46,366 bases of DNA from a virus (IMGVR_UViG_2778261428_000001), one strand, 5' to 3'; shown: positions 31,447 to 40,563, counted from the first letter of the stretch. A program made the numbers and translations. Notes: generated from the sequence alone by a model not told the origin.

Positions 31447-31756
31447 TCTACATTCCTTAACTTGAGCCTTTCGGCATAAATGGTTTGCATAACAGAAACG
31501 ACTTCGTACTTAATTGGAGAGACTCAAAGAAGGAATAAGTGAATAACACCTGAAATGAGAACTGCTTTAGTAAACTACTTCGTATATCGTCTGTTCTTCA
31601 AACCGACGCAGTCATTAACTCATAGTTGAACATATGAAGCAATGTTTATTTTAGACATCCAGCCACCTTCAACCCTATCAAAAAAGTAGTTTTCTCCAGG
31701 AACGTGTGTATGGTGCACCAGGTTATCAGTATTAAGGAGTTTTTCTGTCCCCTAAA

Positions 31757-31960
31757 ATGACAGGAATTGTCAAAAACTTTGACTACAAAAGCAGCAAAGG
31801 TCTTATATTCCCATCCGATGGCGTATCGATGCCCAGCTTCACGTTTCAGCTCTCAATCTTCGAGATGCAGAAGAAATTACCACAGGATTACGCGTGGAAT
31901 TTTGCCGGATAAATGGTTCGCGTGGACCTTCAACTGCCAATGTTTATCCCGGGATGAGAT
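31757..31960 (+). pseudogene. cspF: cspF-like cold shock gene, frameshifted
   Basis: Frame A encodes [22 protein letters not shown] then diverges; a second frame encodes the CspF-like continuation ...[27 protein letters not shown] with no in-frame stop at the expected end; frameshift near 31825. Confidence 0.5.
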
Positions 31961-31993
31961 TCAATATCTCTATTGCCCCATTTAAAGCACAAA

Positions 31994-32028
31994 AACCCGC
32001 TTATAAGCGGGTTTTCTACTTTTTTCTA
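31994..32028. terminator. Bidirectional rho-independent terminator; candidate tR' for the late transcript
   Basis: aaaaacccgcttataagcgggttttctactttttt: GC stem with T-runs on both strands, about 100 bp downstream of Q. Confidence 0.55.
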
Positions 32029-32054
32029 AACGTCGGATACACAAAGCCCATCGT

Positions 32055-32095
32055 TGAGAAAATCTTATCCATGTTTTTTGAAAAATGCAAACATC
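32055..32095 (-). promoter_or_regulatory. Candidate late promoter PR' (Q-dependent)
   Basis: Minus strand: TTGCAT (-35), 17-bp spacer, TAAGAT (-10), located between the Q stop and the downstream hairpin. Confidence 0.35.
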
Positions 32096-32121
32096 ATGTC
32101 GCCATCTTCAGCAAAAATCAT

Positions 32122-32874
32122 TTATCTCGTCACCTTCCTCAATTGCGCTTCCGCGTATGCTTCTTCCTGCCAGCACTTTGTTACCAGTTTATCAATGACG
32201 TCCGCATACCCCTTATACCACTGATAATCGGTCAGGTCTGGTACCAGCTTCTGGACATGACGTCGTGCCAGCGTGGTCGGTAAACGACTAAACCGGTTTC
32301 CATTACAACGCCCACAAATCTTATATACCGGTACGCCATGAAACCGGGTTCTTTTTTCATCCAGAACAATCCCTTTACCCTTACACCCTCTGCACGCTGT
32401 GCTGACTTCGCCCTTACCATGGCAATGCTGACATAGTTCCTTTACCCATTCTTCCTTGATTACAGATTCCCCGCGTCTGTAGTGTTTCACCACTTCGCGC
32501 AATACATTATAAAATCCCGTACCTGAACAATGCTCACAGCGAGCCTTACTTGCCGCAGACCTGGAGTAATCAGCAAAGGCAAAATTCACGAGGTAAGGAA
32601 TAATCTGTAACCGGCTTTCTTCACTCAATTTGTTCAATGTCGGGTTATCCAGTGCCATCGCGTAATTTAGCAGGCCTTCAATCGCAAACTGAGGGTCCTG
32701 AACACCAACTTTTGCCAGAAATAAGGCCAACCCAAGTGGTGCTTTCGACTGCACCATCCCCTGCGCTGCCATTACATCCGTAATTGTTAAACAACCGGTG
32801 CCTGTCGCTGGAGCGTCATCGCTCAATTTTAGAGATTTTGGGGAGTAATATTTTGGTAAGGCTTCAAGGTTCAT
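32122..32874 (-). CDS. quuQ: Late gene antiterminator Q (phage 82 Q-type)
   Basis: 250 aa with Cys-rich zinc-binding motifs ([32 protein letters not shown]). Confidence 0.85.
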   Translation of the reverse strand: MNLEALPKYYSPKSLKLSDDAPATGTGCLTITDVMAAQGMVQSKAPLGLALFLAKVGVQDPQFAIEGLLNYAMALDNPTLNKLSEESRLQIIPYLVNFAFADYSRSAASKARCEHCSGTGFYNVLREVVKHYRRGESVIKEEWVKELCQHCHGKGEVSTACRGCKGKGIVLDEKRTRFHGVPVYKICGRCNGNRFSRLPTTLARRHVQKLVPDLTDYQWYKGYADVIDKLVTKCWQEEAYAEAQLRKVTR

Positions 32875-32887
32875 GCTCGTTCTCCAC

Positions 32888-33976
32888 TTACGCCAGTACG
32901 CCAGTTGCCAGCGCGCGATCGATAAAACGAAATATCAGCTCCAGTTGGGAGCCATACTTCTCTTCAAATGCCACTGTATCCGTATGCAGCTCGTTGTGAT
33001 GCTTTCTGCACAAAGGCAACACAAAGAGATCATGTGCTTTTGTTCCCATTCCGCCCTGCCCGTGACCAATCAGATGATGCGGATCGTCGGCTGGCATACC
33101 GCAGCAAGCACACGGCTGTGTCTTAACCCAACGAGTGTATTTCTCCTTAACCCAGCGGCGACGTTTAGGCAGCTTCATGAAAGATTCCGGAGACTCTGGA
33201 TCAACGGTGATGCTTACCACCGTCTTTTCCTGTGGTGGTTTTTGTTGCTGGTGGGCGTAAGGCAACGGTGCAAGATTTTTTGTGCGTTGTTTCAATATGC
33301 TGGTGGCGGTCTGCTCTCCCGGTACGATGTCGCTTTCGCGGTACACCGAGCAGATTTTTTCCGCTGGTAATCCCAGCGAACGACGCGATACAGCCTCAGG
33401 TAGTGCATCCACCACCTGATTGCAGACCGCCCACCAGGATAATTCAGCCAAAGATAATTCCCGCTCCTGCGTACCGCTTATTGCGTGACGGATGACGTCA
33501 ATCACCCATGCTGTCAGATTTTGTTGAGCAAGCAGCTCCAGTGATTCCGATGTCTGGTCACGCAGTTGGTTGTCGCAGTGCCAGCACAACACCATTGCGC
33601 CGGTACCATAACGGTGAATGACTGTTTCAGTGTGATGGTAATCGCCATTAGGCCACTGGCAGGATGTAACATGACGTAATAGCCAGTCAGACAATGCGCC
33701 AACGCCGCCAGCAGCACGAATCACCCGTTCGTTACTAAAAAACGGCAGCAATGTTTTGTCTTCCGCCAGCGGCTGGCGAACGGCAGGAACGACTCCGGAT
33801 GGCAGATTACGCATGCTTTTTGGTTCCGGTTCCACCAGCACTCGAGGATTATGAAATATCTGTATGGATTCACGGCCCGGCTTAAGGACCACCAGCCCAA
33901 GCTCAGGCACCAGAACAGGTCTAAGTAATACCCGCACGTTACCTCCAGATCCGTTGCTGGAAAGTGCGGGACGCAC
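32888..33976 (-). CDS. ydfU: DUF968-family protein YdfU (C-terminal HNH/zinc-binding-like motif)
   Basis: 362 aa; C-terminus QPCACCGMPADDPHHLIGHGQGGMGTKAHDLFVLPLCRKHHNELH; position upstream of Q. Confidence 0.7.
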   Translation of the reverse strand: MRPALSSNGSGGNVRVLLRPVLVPELGLVVLKPGRESIQIFHNPRVLVEPEPKSMRNLPSGVVPAVRQPLAEDKTLLPFFSNERVIRAAGGVGALSDWLLRHVTSCQWPNGDYHHTETVIHRYGTGAMVLCWHCDNQLRDQTSESLELLAQQNLTAWVIDVIRHAISGTQERELSLAELSWWAVCNQVVDALPEAVSRRSLGLPAEKICSVYRESDIVPGEQTATSILKQRTKNLAPLPYAHQQQKPPQEKTVVSITVDPESPESFMKLPKRRRWVKEKYTRWVKTQPCACCGMPADDPHHLIGHGQGGMGTKAHDLFVLPLCRKHHNELHTDTVAFEEKYGSQLELIFRFIDRALATGVLA

Positions 33977-34217
33977 GTGGTGGGCGTTCGGAGTAAGGCA
34001 ATCTGACTGAGATTATCCAGTGACGGTAGTCGAGACTAAGGGCTTTCTTAACCTCGTATCCGCGCCTGCGGTAAGAATGAATCAGCCATTCGGCCTGTTC
34101 TGCAGTGCATGGAGGGTGCTGGAACCATTCAGACTTGAATGCGTGAGAATACCGCCCGTGCGTGCAGGCAAGAACGGGCGAATTATCAGAATTGTAATAT
34201 TTTGCGTTGCGTGCCAT
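33939..34217 (-). CDS. Hypothetical protein
   Basis: 92-aa ORF overlapping the ydfU start region; may be non-coding. Confidence 0.25.
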   Translation of the reverse strand: MARNAKYYNSDNSPVLACTHGRYSHAFKSEWFQHPPCTAEQAEWLIHSYRRRGYEVKKALSLDYRHWIISVRLPYSERPPRASRTFQQRIWR

Positions 34218-34283
34218 CGGTTTTCTCCGGTGGCACGGTGTTACTCAGCGGGAGTTCAGCCCCGCGCAAGATTGTAGATGAGT

Positions 34284-34535
34284 TTATTCTTCTGAAAAAG
34301 CAGAAAAGCCAGCTTTTATTCCGATCTCTTTCAATGCCTGTAATGAAGTGACAAACTCACCTTCGCGCAAGATAAATCCGTCCGTGACCCGAGCATCCAC
34401 AAAATTAATTAACGCAGCCCCATTCTTTCGCAAACACAGAATGCGGTAATGACTAACAATGTTTCCATTTTCAACGCACACAGCATAGAGGCCATCTTCA
34501 CAAAAAATTTTACGCAGTTCTTCGATGTTCATCAT
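34284..34535 (-). CDS. rem: Small prophage protein (Rem-like)
   Basis: 83-aa ORF immediately downstream of the hok terminator, as rem in Qin. Confidence 0.55.
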   Translation of the reverse strand: MMNIEELRKIFCEDGLYAVCVENGNIVSHYRILCLRKNGAALINFVDARVTDGFILREGEFVTSLQALKEIGIKAGFSAFSEE

Positions 34536-34652
34536 CAGAATCCTTCCGGATAATTAGCTCTCCCCTTTAAGGGACCATCCCTCTTATCCCTGCGCGCTAC
34601 TTAAGTATTTTTGATTCTATTCCGGCACCGTCCAGAACTTCAAACGCGTTGA

Positions 34653-34683
34653 AAATAAAAACAAAAACCCGCCGAAGCGGGTT
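34653..34683 (-). terminator. Rho-independent terminator of hok mRNA
   Basis: Minus-strand transcript reads AACCCGCTTCGGCGGGTT followed by TTTGTTTTTATTTT. Confidence 0.6.
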
Positions 34684-34751
34684 AAGTGCGGGTGCGTTGA
34701 GGATGCCTGCCACATCAGAGGTGGCGAGGGATTTCTCCCTCGCCGGGTCTC

Positions 34752-34907
34752 TTACTCCTCAGGTTCGTAAGCTGTGAAGACAGCGACCTCCGTCTGGCCG
34801 GTTCGGATTCGTACCTCGCAGAGGTCTTTCCTCGTTACCAGTGCCGTCACTATGACGGTTAAACAGATGACGATCAGGGCGATTAACATCGCCTTTTGCT
34901 GCTTCAT
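34752..34907 (-). CDS. hokD: Hok-family membrane toxin (type I toxin)
   Basis: 51-aa product MKQQKAMLIALIVICLTVIVTALVTRKDLCEVRIRTGQTEVAVFTAYEPEE; the longer overlapping frame upstream is consistent with a mok-like leader ORF. Confidence 0.85.
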   Translation of the reverse strand: MKQQKAMLIALIVICLTVIVTALVTRKDLCEVRIRTGQTEVAVFTAYEPEE

Positions 34908-35535
34908 AGCCTGCTTCTCCTTGCCTTCCGGCACGTAAGAGGCTAACCTACATGTGTCTAGCATGAAATTGGCCTCAGATTAATGTTAAGCGTCTTGCCG
35001 GACGCGTAATGTTAACTGGGGCTTTTCTCTATCTGCCTTTGGTGTTCATGCCTGAGGCAGATAGCCTCAAGCACCCGCAGCAATTCTACTTAACTCACGT
35101 CACCTCGCCAATATAAAATCAATCAGAAAGGCGATCCGTAAGAACAACAGCAAGGCAATAAATTGCCATTACAGCCGCAATAGCTAGCGCACATTTGAGA
35201 ACCAGCACGACAACCTCCTGTATTGGACGTACACCAGTCCTGATGAATATGAGGCTGTCTCGTCAGTGATTCAATACAACTATTGGGTATAGTTTCTCTG
35301 ATTTTTTCTGTGGAAATGGGGCTCAACCACTAGTCACCACCAGCACTTCTTTTAATACGCAAAGTCCGACACAAGCTAACCTTCTAGTCCGCTTTGAGCG
35401 AGGAGCGGAAGTTTATAGACATTTCTTGCACTGCGTTGTCTAATCAATTAGGAGCTGGTAACGTGCCCTGAGTAAATAAGCCCGCATATACGGGCGCTAT
35501 GTACGCTCTGTTTTGTATGGTGCAAAGTGCCCCGT

Positions 35536-37350
35536 CTATCTGAAACGCTCAAACAGTGCAACCATTCCTTCAGGAGCGATATCTCTGACCTGGGCTCCTT
35601 GCCGCTCAACCCACTTACCAGCTATATGTGAAGGGGTATCCTGACCTAAAATTTCGAAGACGAAAACCGTCTTATCGAAGTATCGAACGCATTTAAGATG
35701 AGTGTTTATGTAGGACTTAAGCGGTTCTGAAAGTCCTGAGCGTCCTACCCGATCAGAGATGTCTTGGAACATCTGGTCAAGGTTCTTTCCAGCGTGGTTC
35801 GCTTCGTGATCAACACCAGTTATATGGAAGCCGTTATAAGATAAAGCCTTGCTTCCGAAAATCTCCTGAACTCTTGTTGCAGTATGCGCATTTTCAGCAA
35901 CCCCTACAAGAACATAGCCCTTGTGTCCTCTGCCGATATTAGCAATAGCAGCGCAGGTCTCCATAATTTTTTCGAAGGAGCGTTCATCAAAGGAAGGTGA
36001 TGGGTCTAAAGTATAGAAACCTTGTTTAAAATCGTAGGCCGCCTGCTCAGTTATTGAGTTAGTGAGTAAATTTTGGAGCTTCGTGATCCAATGAACTTTT
36101 GCAGGATCTGGATTTTGATCGTTTTCAAAAAAGCCCTGAATCCAACCAATTATTGAATCGACCATTCTACTCCGGTTGTCAGCCCCCCATCTCCCTCCAT
36201 CTTGAACCTGAATATTCCTACCGCAATCTTTCAGCCGCCCAATGAGGCCCGCACTATCTGAAACCACCATACCCCTTTTAATTATCAGGTCATGCATGGC
36301 GAGAAAGACCACCTGAAAGTAACGGGGGACTGGATTACCACCATTTCCGTTAGGAAAAATCAAACCAGAGAATGTCGTTTGAGCCTGACTAAGAAGTAGG
36401 ATTATCGCATCATGTACTCTTTGATAATCAAGATCGACTAGCTCCCCGGTTCTCTTTTTAATAGCTTGATCAATCGCTTCGAATCTTGCTTTGCTGGCTA
36501 AAGCTTCCGGGGATATTGCTCCATAGTAGTCATCTAGAAGCTCTGTACGCGAGGCCAGAGGTTTGTCAGAAACCATATAAGCAAGAATGTCCGCCACTAT
36601 CTCTTCATCCCGGCTCTGTCTTAACTGCTCCTTCGTCAATATTCCGTTAACAATCCAGAAGACGCTATCGGCACTAATGCCGTAGTCTAAATCCTTGTTC
36701 GTGATGCTAATTTTTTTCATCTCGCTTAAGAGCAAGAGATCCGCGTTAGATGTGTCACCACGAACTCTTGCGGAGATCTTCCGAACACATTCCGCAAACA
36801 CATTTGTAGCACCTGCTGCACGCAACTCCTGTCGTGAGAGCTGACGTCCACCTGAGTTAATTCGCCTGAACACTTCCTCAACTGAGTCTCTCTCGGCTGC
36901 TTCATAAATTGAAAGCGGGACAGGATATGATGCTATTGCAAGACACTGGCTTCGATCAAGGAGTGGCATCTTCTGATCAATGACTCCGCGATCTAATAGG
37001 TCTTTCGTCGTCGCGAACGTATTTAAATCAAAGTAGAATCCATTAAATGAAAAATCGTTCGAGATAAAAGACATGATGGCATTCATACGCTGCATCCCAT
37101 CAATAATCTCGAGAGTGCCGTCTTTTCTCCCAAGAGGTTCTGCTAACAAAATGATAGGTATCGGGAATCCCTTGATTATCGAGTCAATAAAATTTTGTTT
37201 TTCCTCAATAGTCCAAATCAATTTACGTTGATACTGTCGATTCACAACGTATTTTTTATCCTGATAGTTGATAAACACTCGCTCAACTTGTTCGCCACGA
37301 ACTATTAGTTCTTGTTGTAACGTTGCCATTATGTTGCCGTCCTGAGCCAT
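35536..37350 (-). CDS. DUF262 (ParB/GmrS-like) domain protein with probable Schlafen/AlbA_2-like C-terminal domain; candidate anti-phage defence or type IV restriction-like enzyme
   Basis: 604 aa; N-terminal DUF262 signature (NRQYQRKLIWTIEEKQNFIDSIIKGFPIPIILL ... LEIIDGMQRMNAI); C-terminal segment resembling AlbA_2 core (ANIGRGHKGYVLVGVAENAH); bounded by AT-rich tracts (37351..37765 and 34965..35535). Confidence 0.7.
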   Translation of the reverse strand: MAQDGNIMATLQQELIVRGEQVERVFINYQDKKYVVNRQYQRKLIWTIEEKQNFIDSIIKGFPIPIILLAEPLGRKDGTLEIIDGMQRMNAIMSFISNDFSFNGFYFDLNTFATTKDLLDRGVIDQKMPLLDRSQCLAIASYPVPLSIYEAAERDSVEEVFRRINSGGRQLSRQELRAAGATNVFAECVRKISARVRGDTSNADLLLLSEMKKISITNKDLDYGISADSVFWIVNGILTKEQLRQSRDEEIVADILAYMVSDKPLASRTELLDDYYGAISPEALASKARFEAIDQAIKKRTGELVDLDYQRVHDAIILLLSQAQTTFSGLIFPNGNGGNPVPRYFQVVFLAMHDLIIKRGMVVSDSAGLIGRLKDCGRNIQVQDGGRWGADNRSRMVDSIIGWIQGFFENDQNPDPAKVHWITKLQNLLTNSITEQAAYDFKQGFYTLDPSPSFDERSFEKIMETCAAIANIGRGHKGYVLVGVAENAHTATRVQEIFGSKALSYNGFHITGVDHEANHAGKNLDQMFQDISDRVGRSGLSEPLKSYINTHLKCVRYFDKTVFVFEILGQDTPSHIAGKWVERQGAQVRDIAPEGMVALFERFR

Positions 37351-37765
37351 TTATAGAGATATAACGATTAGGCAAAACCTGCCCTACATCACACGTACGT
37401 ATCATAATAATTGAAAAGTCATAAAAATAAATATTCTTCTACAGCATCGCCCGGCATACTTCAAATGCACAAAAATAAAACACTATAAATCAATATCTTA
37501 TGGAATTATTTTTGTAAAGGTGAATTGAACTTGTTACTCACTAAATTCTCCTGAATTTATGTTTTTTTTGCTAATGGACAATAATGTTGAACTGTAGATA
37601 TTTGTTTTAATTGGAATTAATTTTCAGAAAATGCTCGTATCTATGACAGCTTTTGGCACAAAGCGGACAACCACGCCAGATCTACCCTGTGCCATGAAAA
37701 ATGAGAATGTCAATTCACTCCTGAACTAATGCTTTTTAATCTAGTAACGTCTAAAATACCTAACA

Positions 37766-38167
37766 TTATCCCTGATAAAATGCCAGTATGCGCTGCATAA
37801 CTTCACTCATCCGGCACTCGCGACAGATTATGTTTAGGCGACTGTCGTAGCGACGTATTTCTCCATCAGGTAACGACCAGATAAGGTCCGGATCAACCAC
37901 AGCTGTTTTCTTCACCTTTGCCCTCGAGAGTTTTTTGCGGGCGTTTTGCCAGTCCTTACGCGCCTGTTCAGACGGGAATAACCCGTAGCCGGAGTTGTAT
38001 ACATCGCCACTGGCTACCAGCTCTCTGGCAAGAACGCTCATCAGATATCTAGTCGCACCTGTTTTAGCTTCCAGTTGCCGTAACGTCTCACGACCGCTCT
38101 GGCGCACGAGTTCCACCACCTGCCCTTTAATTTTTTCCCGCTCTTCTTGTGTAAAAACTTTTGCCAC
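37766..38167 (-). CDS. Hypothetical protein (position of replication protein P or nin-region gene)
   Basis: 133-aa basic ORF downstream of the O-like gene; no family recognised. Confidence 0.35.
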   Translation of the reverse strand: MAKVFTQEEREKIKGQVVELVRQSGRETLRQLEAKTGATRYLMSVLARELVASGDVYNSGYGLFPSEQARKDWQNARKKLSRAKVKKTAVVDPDLIWSLPDGEIRRYDSRLNIICRECRMSEVMQRILAFYQG

Positions 38168-38207
38168 AAGTCCCCCTTAAAATTACCTCATGACCTGAAA
38201 TCAAAAC

Positions 38208-39173
38208 TTATCCTCTGAAACCAGGCGGAATTTCTGTATCCGGTTCAGAAATATGATTAACACAACGCTGTACAGGTGAACGCCCTAGGCGGATGACCAG
38301 TTCGTCCCATTTTTCGCGGAGCTTTGACGGGCTCATGATGTTTTTTACCCAGAATGGATCCCGCTGTACCCGACCAAACATTTCACAAATTTGTCTGTGG
38401 CTTCTGCCATCCAGCATCCGCATTGTGCGCACATCATTGGCCCAGACAGTCCAGTTAGGCTCTTTTGGTCGCATGATCTCGCCATCATCACTGGCGGCCT
38501 GTTCGTAGAGACCCACGATCCGCCCCCATATCCACTGCGCACACGCCAGATCCTCCTGGCTACCCCACTGGCGTTTTTTCGCACTAAACACAACTGCGCC
38601 AGGGTGCCGGATTAAAAAATCCTGTTCAGCCGTCTGCGGGTCCGGTTGCGAAGCTTCCGGACGAAAAGTGTTTTTATTCTCTGTAGTAATCTCTGTTGTA
38701 TTCTCTGTAGGATCATCGGGCCATTTTGACCCGATGACATTGGGTCGTTTTGAACCAATGGAGCGTTTCATTTTGACCTCTTCCATCGTGTCATTTTGAC
38801 CTGATGGAGCGGCGCATTTTGAACCGATGGATTCGCTCAATTTGCCATCATCTAAAAGCTCGCTCCCATAGTTAATCGTGTAGAAATTGGTCATATCGCG
38901 CTTTGATTTATTGAGCTTTTCACAACGCAAAAGCCCCAGCGTTTTCAGACTTGCAAACGCGCGCTTTAACGTTGACTCTGACCAGAATGGAAACTGTTCC
39001 AGCCATTGTTCCGTTGTGTTGTAAATCCAGCGAACACCATCACATTCCATGCCGGAATTGGTATCTCTCAACCAGTAATGCAACTGCTGCAACACAATGG
39101 CTTCATTTAAGCCAATCTTCATCGCAAGCTGTGTGTTTATAACCAGTGGGCGTTCAGCAAAAAGAAGGCTCAT
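38208..39173 (-). CDS. Replication initiation protein (lambda O-like, iteron-binding N-terminus plus C-terminal helicase-loader recruitment domain)
   Basis: N-terminal winged-helix-like region; origin iterons lie inside the gene and encode a repeated IGSK peptide; start taken at an internal Met after the upstream gene's stop (ORF track extends to 39227). Confidence 0.6.
   Translation of the reverse strand: MSLLFAERPLVINTQLAMKIGLNEAIVLQQLHYWLRDTNSGMECDGVRWIYNTTEQWLEQFPFWSESTLKRAFASLKTLGLLRCEKLNKSKRDMTNFYTINYGSELLDDGKLSESIGSKCAAPSGQNDTMEEVKMKRSIGSKRPNVIGSKWPDDPTENTTEITTENKNTFRPEASQPDPQTAEQDFLIRHPGAVVFSAKKRQWGSQEDLACAQWIWGRIVGLYEQAASDDGEIMRPKEPNWTVWANDVRTMRMLDGRSHRQICEMFGRVQRDPFWVKNIMSPSKLREKWDELVIRLGRSPVQRCVNHISEPDTEIPPGFRG
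38720..38835. repeat. Replication origin iterons (5 direct repeats, about 23-bp period) inside the O-like gene
   Basis: cattttgacccgatgaca / cgttttgaaccaatggag / cattttgacctcttccatcg / cattttgacctgatggag / cattttgaaccgatggat, starting near 38722, 38745, 38769, 38792 and 38815; a second short repeat ttctctgtag occurs twice at 38686-38710. Confidence 0.6.
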
Positions 39174-39675
39174 AATTCCATCCAGCTTTTTGTTGGTATT
39201 GCTGTCGATACGCAAGTTTGAAAGCAATTGCTTTTTCTATAAGTTCGTCAGTTTCACGATCCACTACGGCAGGATCAGCAAAAAGCAGTCCGGACTCCAC
39301 CACATCGCCATATTCTTTGTTTAACCCGGCGATCATGTACGTGATGCTTTTTCCGTCACTAATTTCACGATACAACCTGAAATCATTAATCCGGATAGCC
39401 TCCATAATTGCAGGCACTAGCGCCGTGAACTTTTCACGCTTATCCCTAGTGTCGATAGCCTTCCAGCGTTCGAATATCTTCACTCGATTAACGCCAAGCG
39501 CTCGCTGATCAACCGCGCCACCTTCATCTGTGACACGCTGAACATCGATGTTCGGGCGCTCTTTCAAAGCCCAGAATGCTTCAGTGATTAATATCGTCGC
39601 CTGCTCCTGTGTCATTCCTGGTCGACATATCCAGGCATCCAGAGCCTCACGAGCCTGTTCAGGAGTGATTTTCAT
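39154..39675 (-). CDS. Hypothetical protein in the cII-equivalent position (possibly YdaT-like)
   Basis: 173-aa ORF immediately downstream of the cro-like dicC, translationally coupled; family not confidently recognised. Confidence 0.4.
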   Translation of the reverse strand: MKITPEQAREALDAWICRPGMTQEQATILITEAFWALKERPNIDVQRVTDEGGAVDQRALGVNRVKIFERWKAIDTRDKREKFTALVPAIMEAIRINDFRLYREISDGKSITYMIAGLNKEYGDVVESGLLFADPAVVDRETDELIEKAIAFKLAYRQQYQQKAGWNYEPSFC

Positions 39676-39886
39676 TGTTCAACCGCCCCGCCCGCTTCGT
39701 CTTACGATATTCGTCATAAACTTTGGGATCATACTGAAGCTCCCCGCCAGATGCCTCCTGTAGACGCATCGCGCGACCTTCAGGAACTAGCTCTTGCCAT
39801 TGAGAAACAGCAGATGGGTCAACGCCAGCAGCTTTCGCTACTTTGGCTTTCGTACCGTAAAAATTAATTACGTCTGATTTAAACAT
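39659..39886 (-). CDS. dicC: Cro-like repressor DicC
   Basis: C-terminal region LVPEGRAMRLQEASGGELQYDPKVYDEYRKTKRAGRLNNENHS recalled as DicC; divergent from dicA; start taken at MFKSD (ORF track extends to 39913). Confidence 0.7.
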   Translation of the reverse strand: MFKSDVINFYGTKAKVAKAAGVDPSAVSQWQELVPEGRAMRLQEASGGELQYDPKVYDEYRKTKRAGRLNNENHS

Positions 39887-39963
39887 CGCACCTCCAATAT
39901 TGAGTTTTCTCAATGCTAATCACTCAAGGAATCTCAAGTCAAGGGTTATTAAGATATCTAAAT
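39887..39963. promoter_or_regulatory. Divergent promoter/operator region of the dicA-dicC immunity switch
   Basis: 77-bp intergenic region containing the inverted repeat ATTGAG-TTTT-CTCAAT (39899..39914) and repeated TCAAG(G) motifs. Confidence 0.45.
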
Positions 39964-40371
39964 ATGAACGAGAAAACTTTAGGTCAACGCATTAGAGAAA
40001 GACGTAAGCAGGTAGGCTTAAGTCAAAACGGTTTAAGCAAAGCTGCTGGCGTATCTGGCTCATCAATTTCATTATGGGAAAGTGACCATACAGCCCCGCG
40101 CGGGCAAAATTTGCATCGCCTCGCCGAGGTATTGCAATGTTCACCAACCTGGATACTGTTTGGCGACGAGGACAAAACACCAGCTCCCCCTGTTTCACTC
40201 GATAGTGCCTTAGACTTATCGGAAGATGAGTTAGAGATGCTGCGTTTGTATCGCGCACTTCCTAAATCAGAGCAACAAGCACAACTCAGCGAACTCCGCG
40301 CCCGCGTTGAGAATTTTAATCGCCTGTTCACCGAGCTATTAGAGGCTCGCAAACGCAACAAGCATCAATAA
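39964..40371 (+). CDS. dicA: cI-like HTH (XRE family) repressor DicA
   Basis: HTH segment LGQRIRERRKQVGLSQNGLSKAAGVSGSSISLWE and conserved C-terminal block (LQCSPTWILFGDEDK ... RARVENFNRLFTELLEARKR); start taken at MNEKTLG. Confidence 0.8.
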   Translation: MNEKTLGQRIRERRKQVGLSQNGLSKAAGVSGSSISLWESDHTAPRGQNLHRLAEVLQCSPTWILFGDEDKTPAPPVSLDSALDLSEDELEMLRLYRALPKSEQQAQLSELRARVENFNRLFTELLEARKRNKHQ

Positions 40372-40563
40372 TCATCCCTTCACAAAATTTTAAAGCCTTA
40401 CATTTCAATGTATTGGCTTTATCTTGCGCCAATACTTGAGTTTTCTCATCAAAAAACCTTGACGAAAAATAATGAGAAAACTAAATTACCTCCATCAACA
40501 CACCGCACGGTGTTCTCAGCAAACAGTTCCGCTACCCCGGCGTTAAGGGGAAATGAGGTCAGC

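Noticed and set aside
35123-35326. Cys-rich 67-aa ORF between hokD and the DUF262 gene
   Set aside because: No Shine-Dalgarno sequence, odd composition, and it lies where hok/sok regulatory RNA structure is expected; more likely non-coding.
38686-38835. Direct repeats considered as a possible CRISPR array
   Set aside because: Repeats are 18 bp with a 23-bp period and no unique spacers, lie in-frame inside a replication gene, and no cas genes are present; they are origin iterons.
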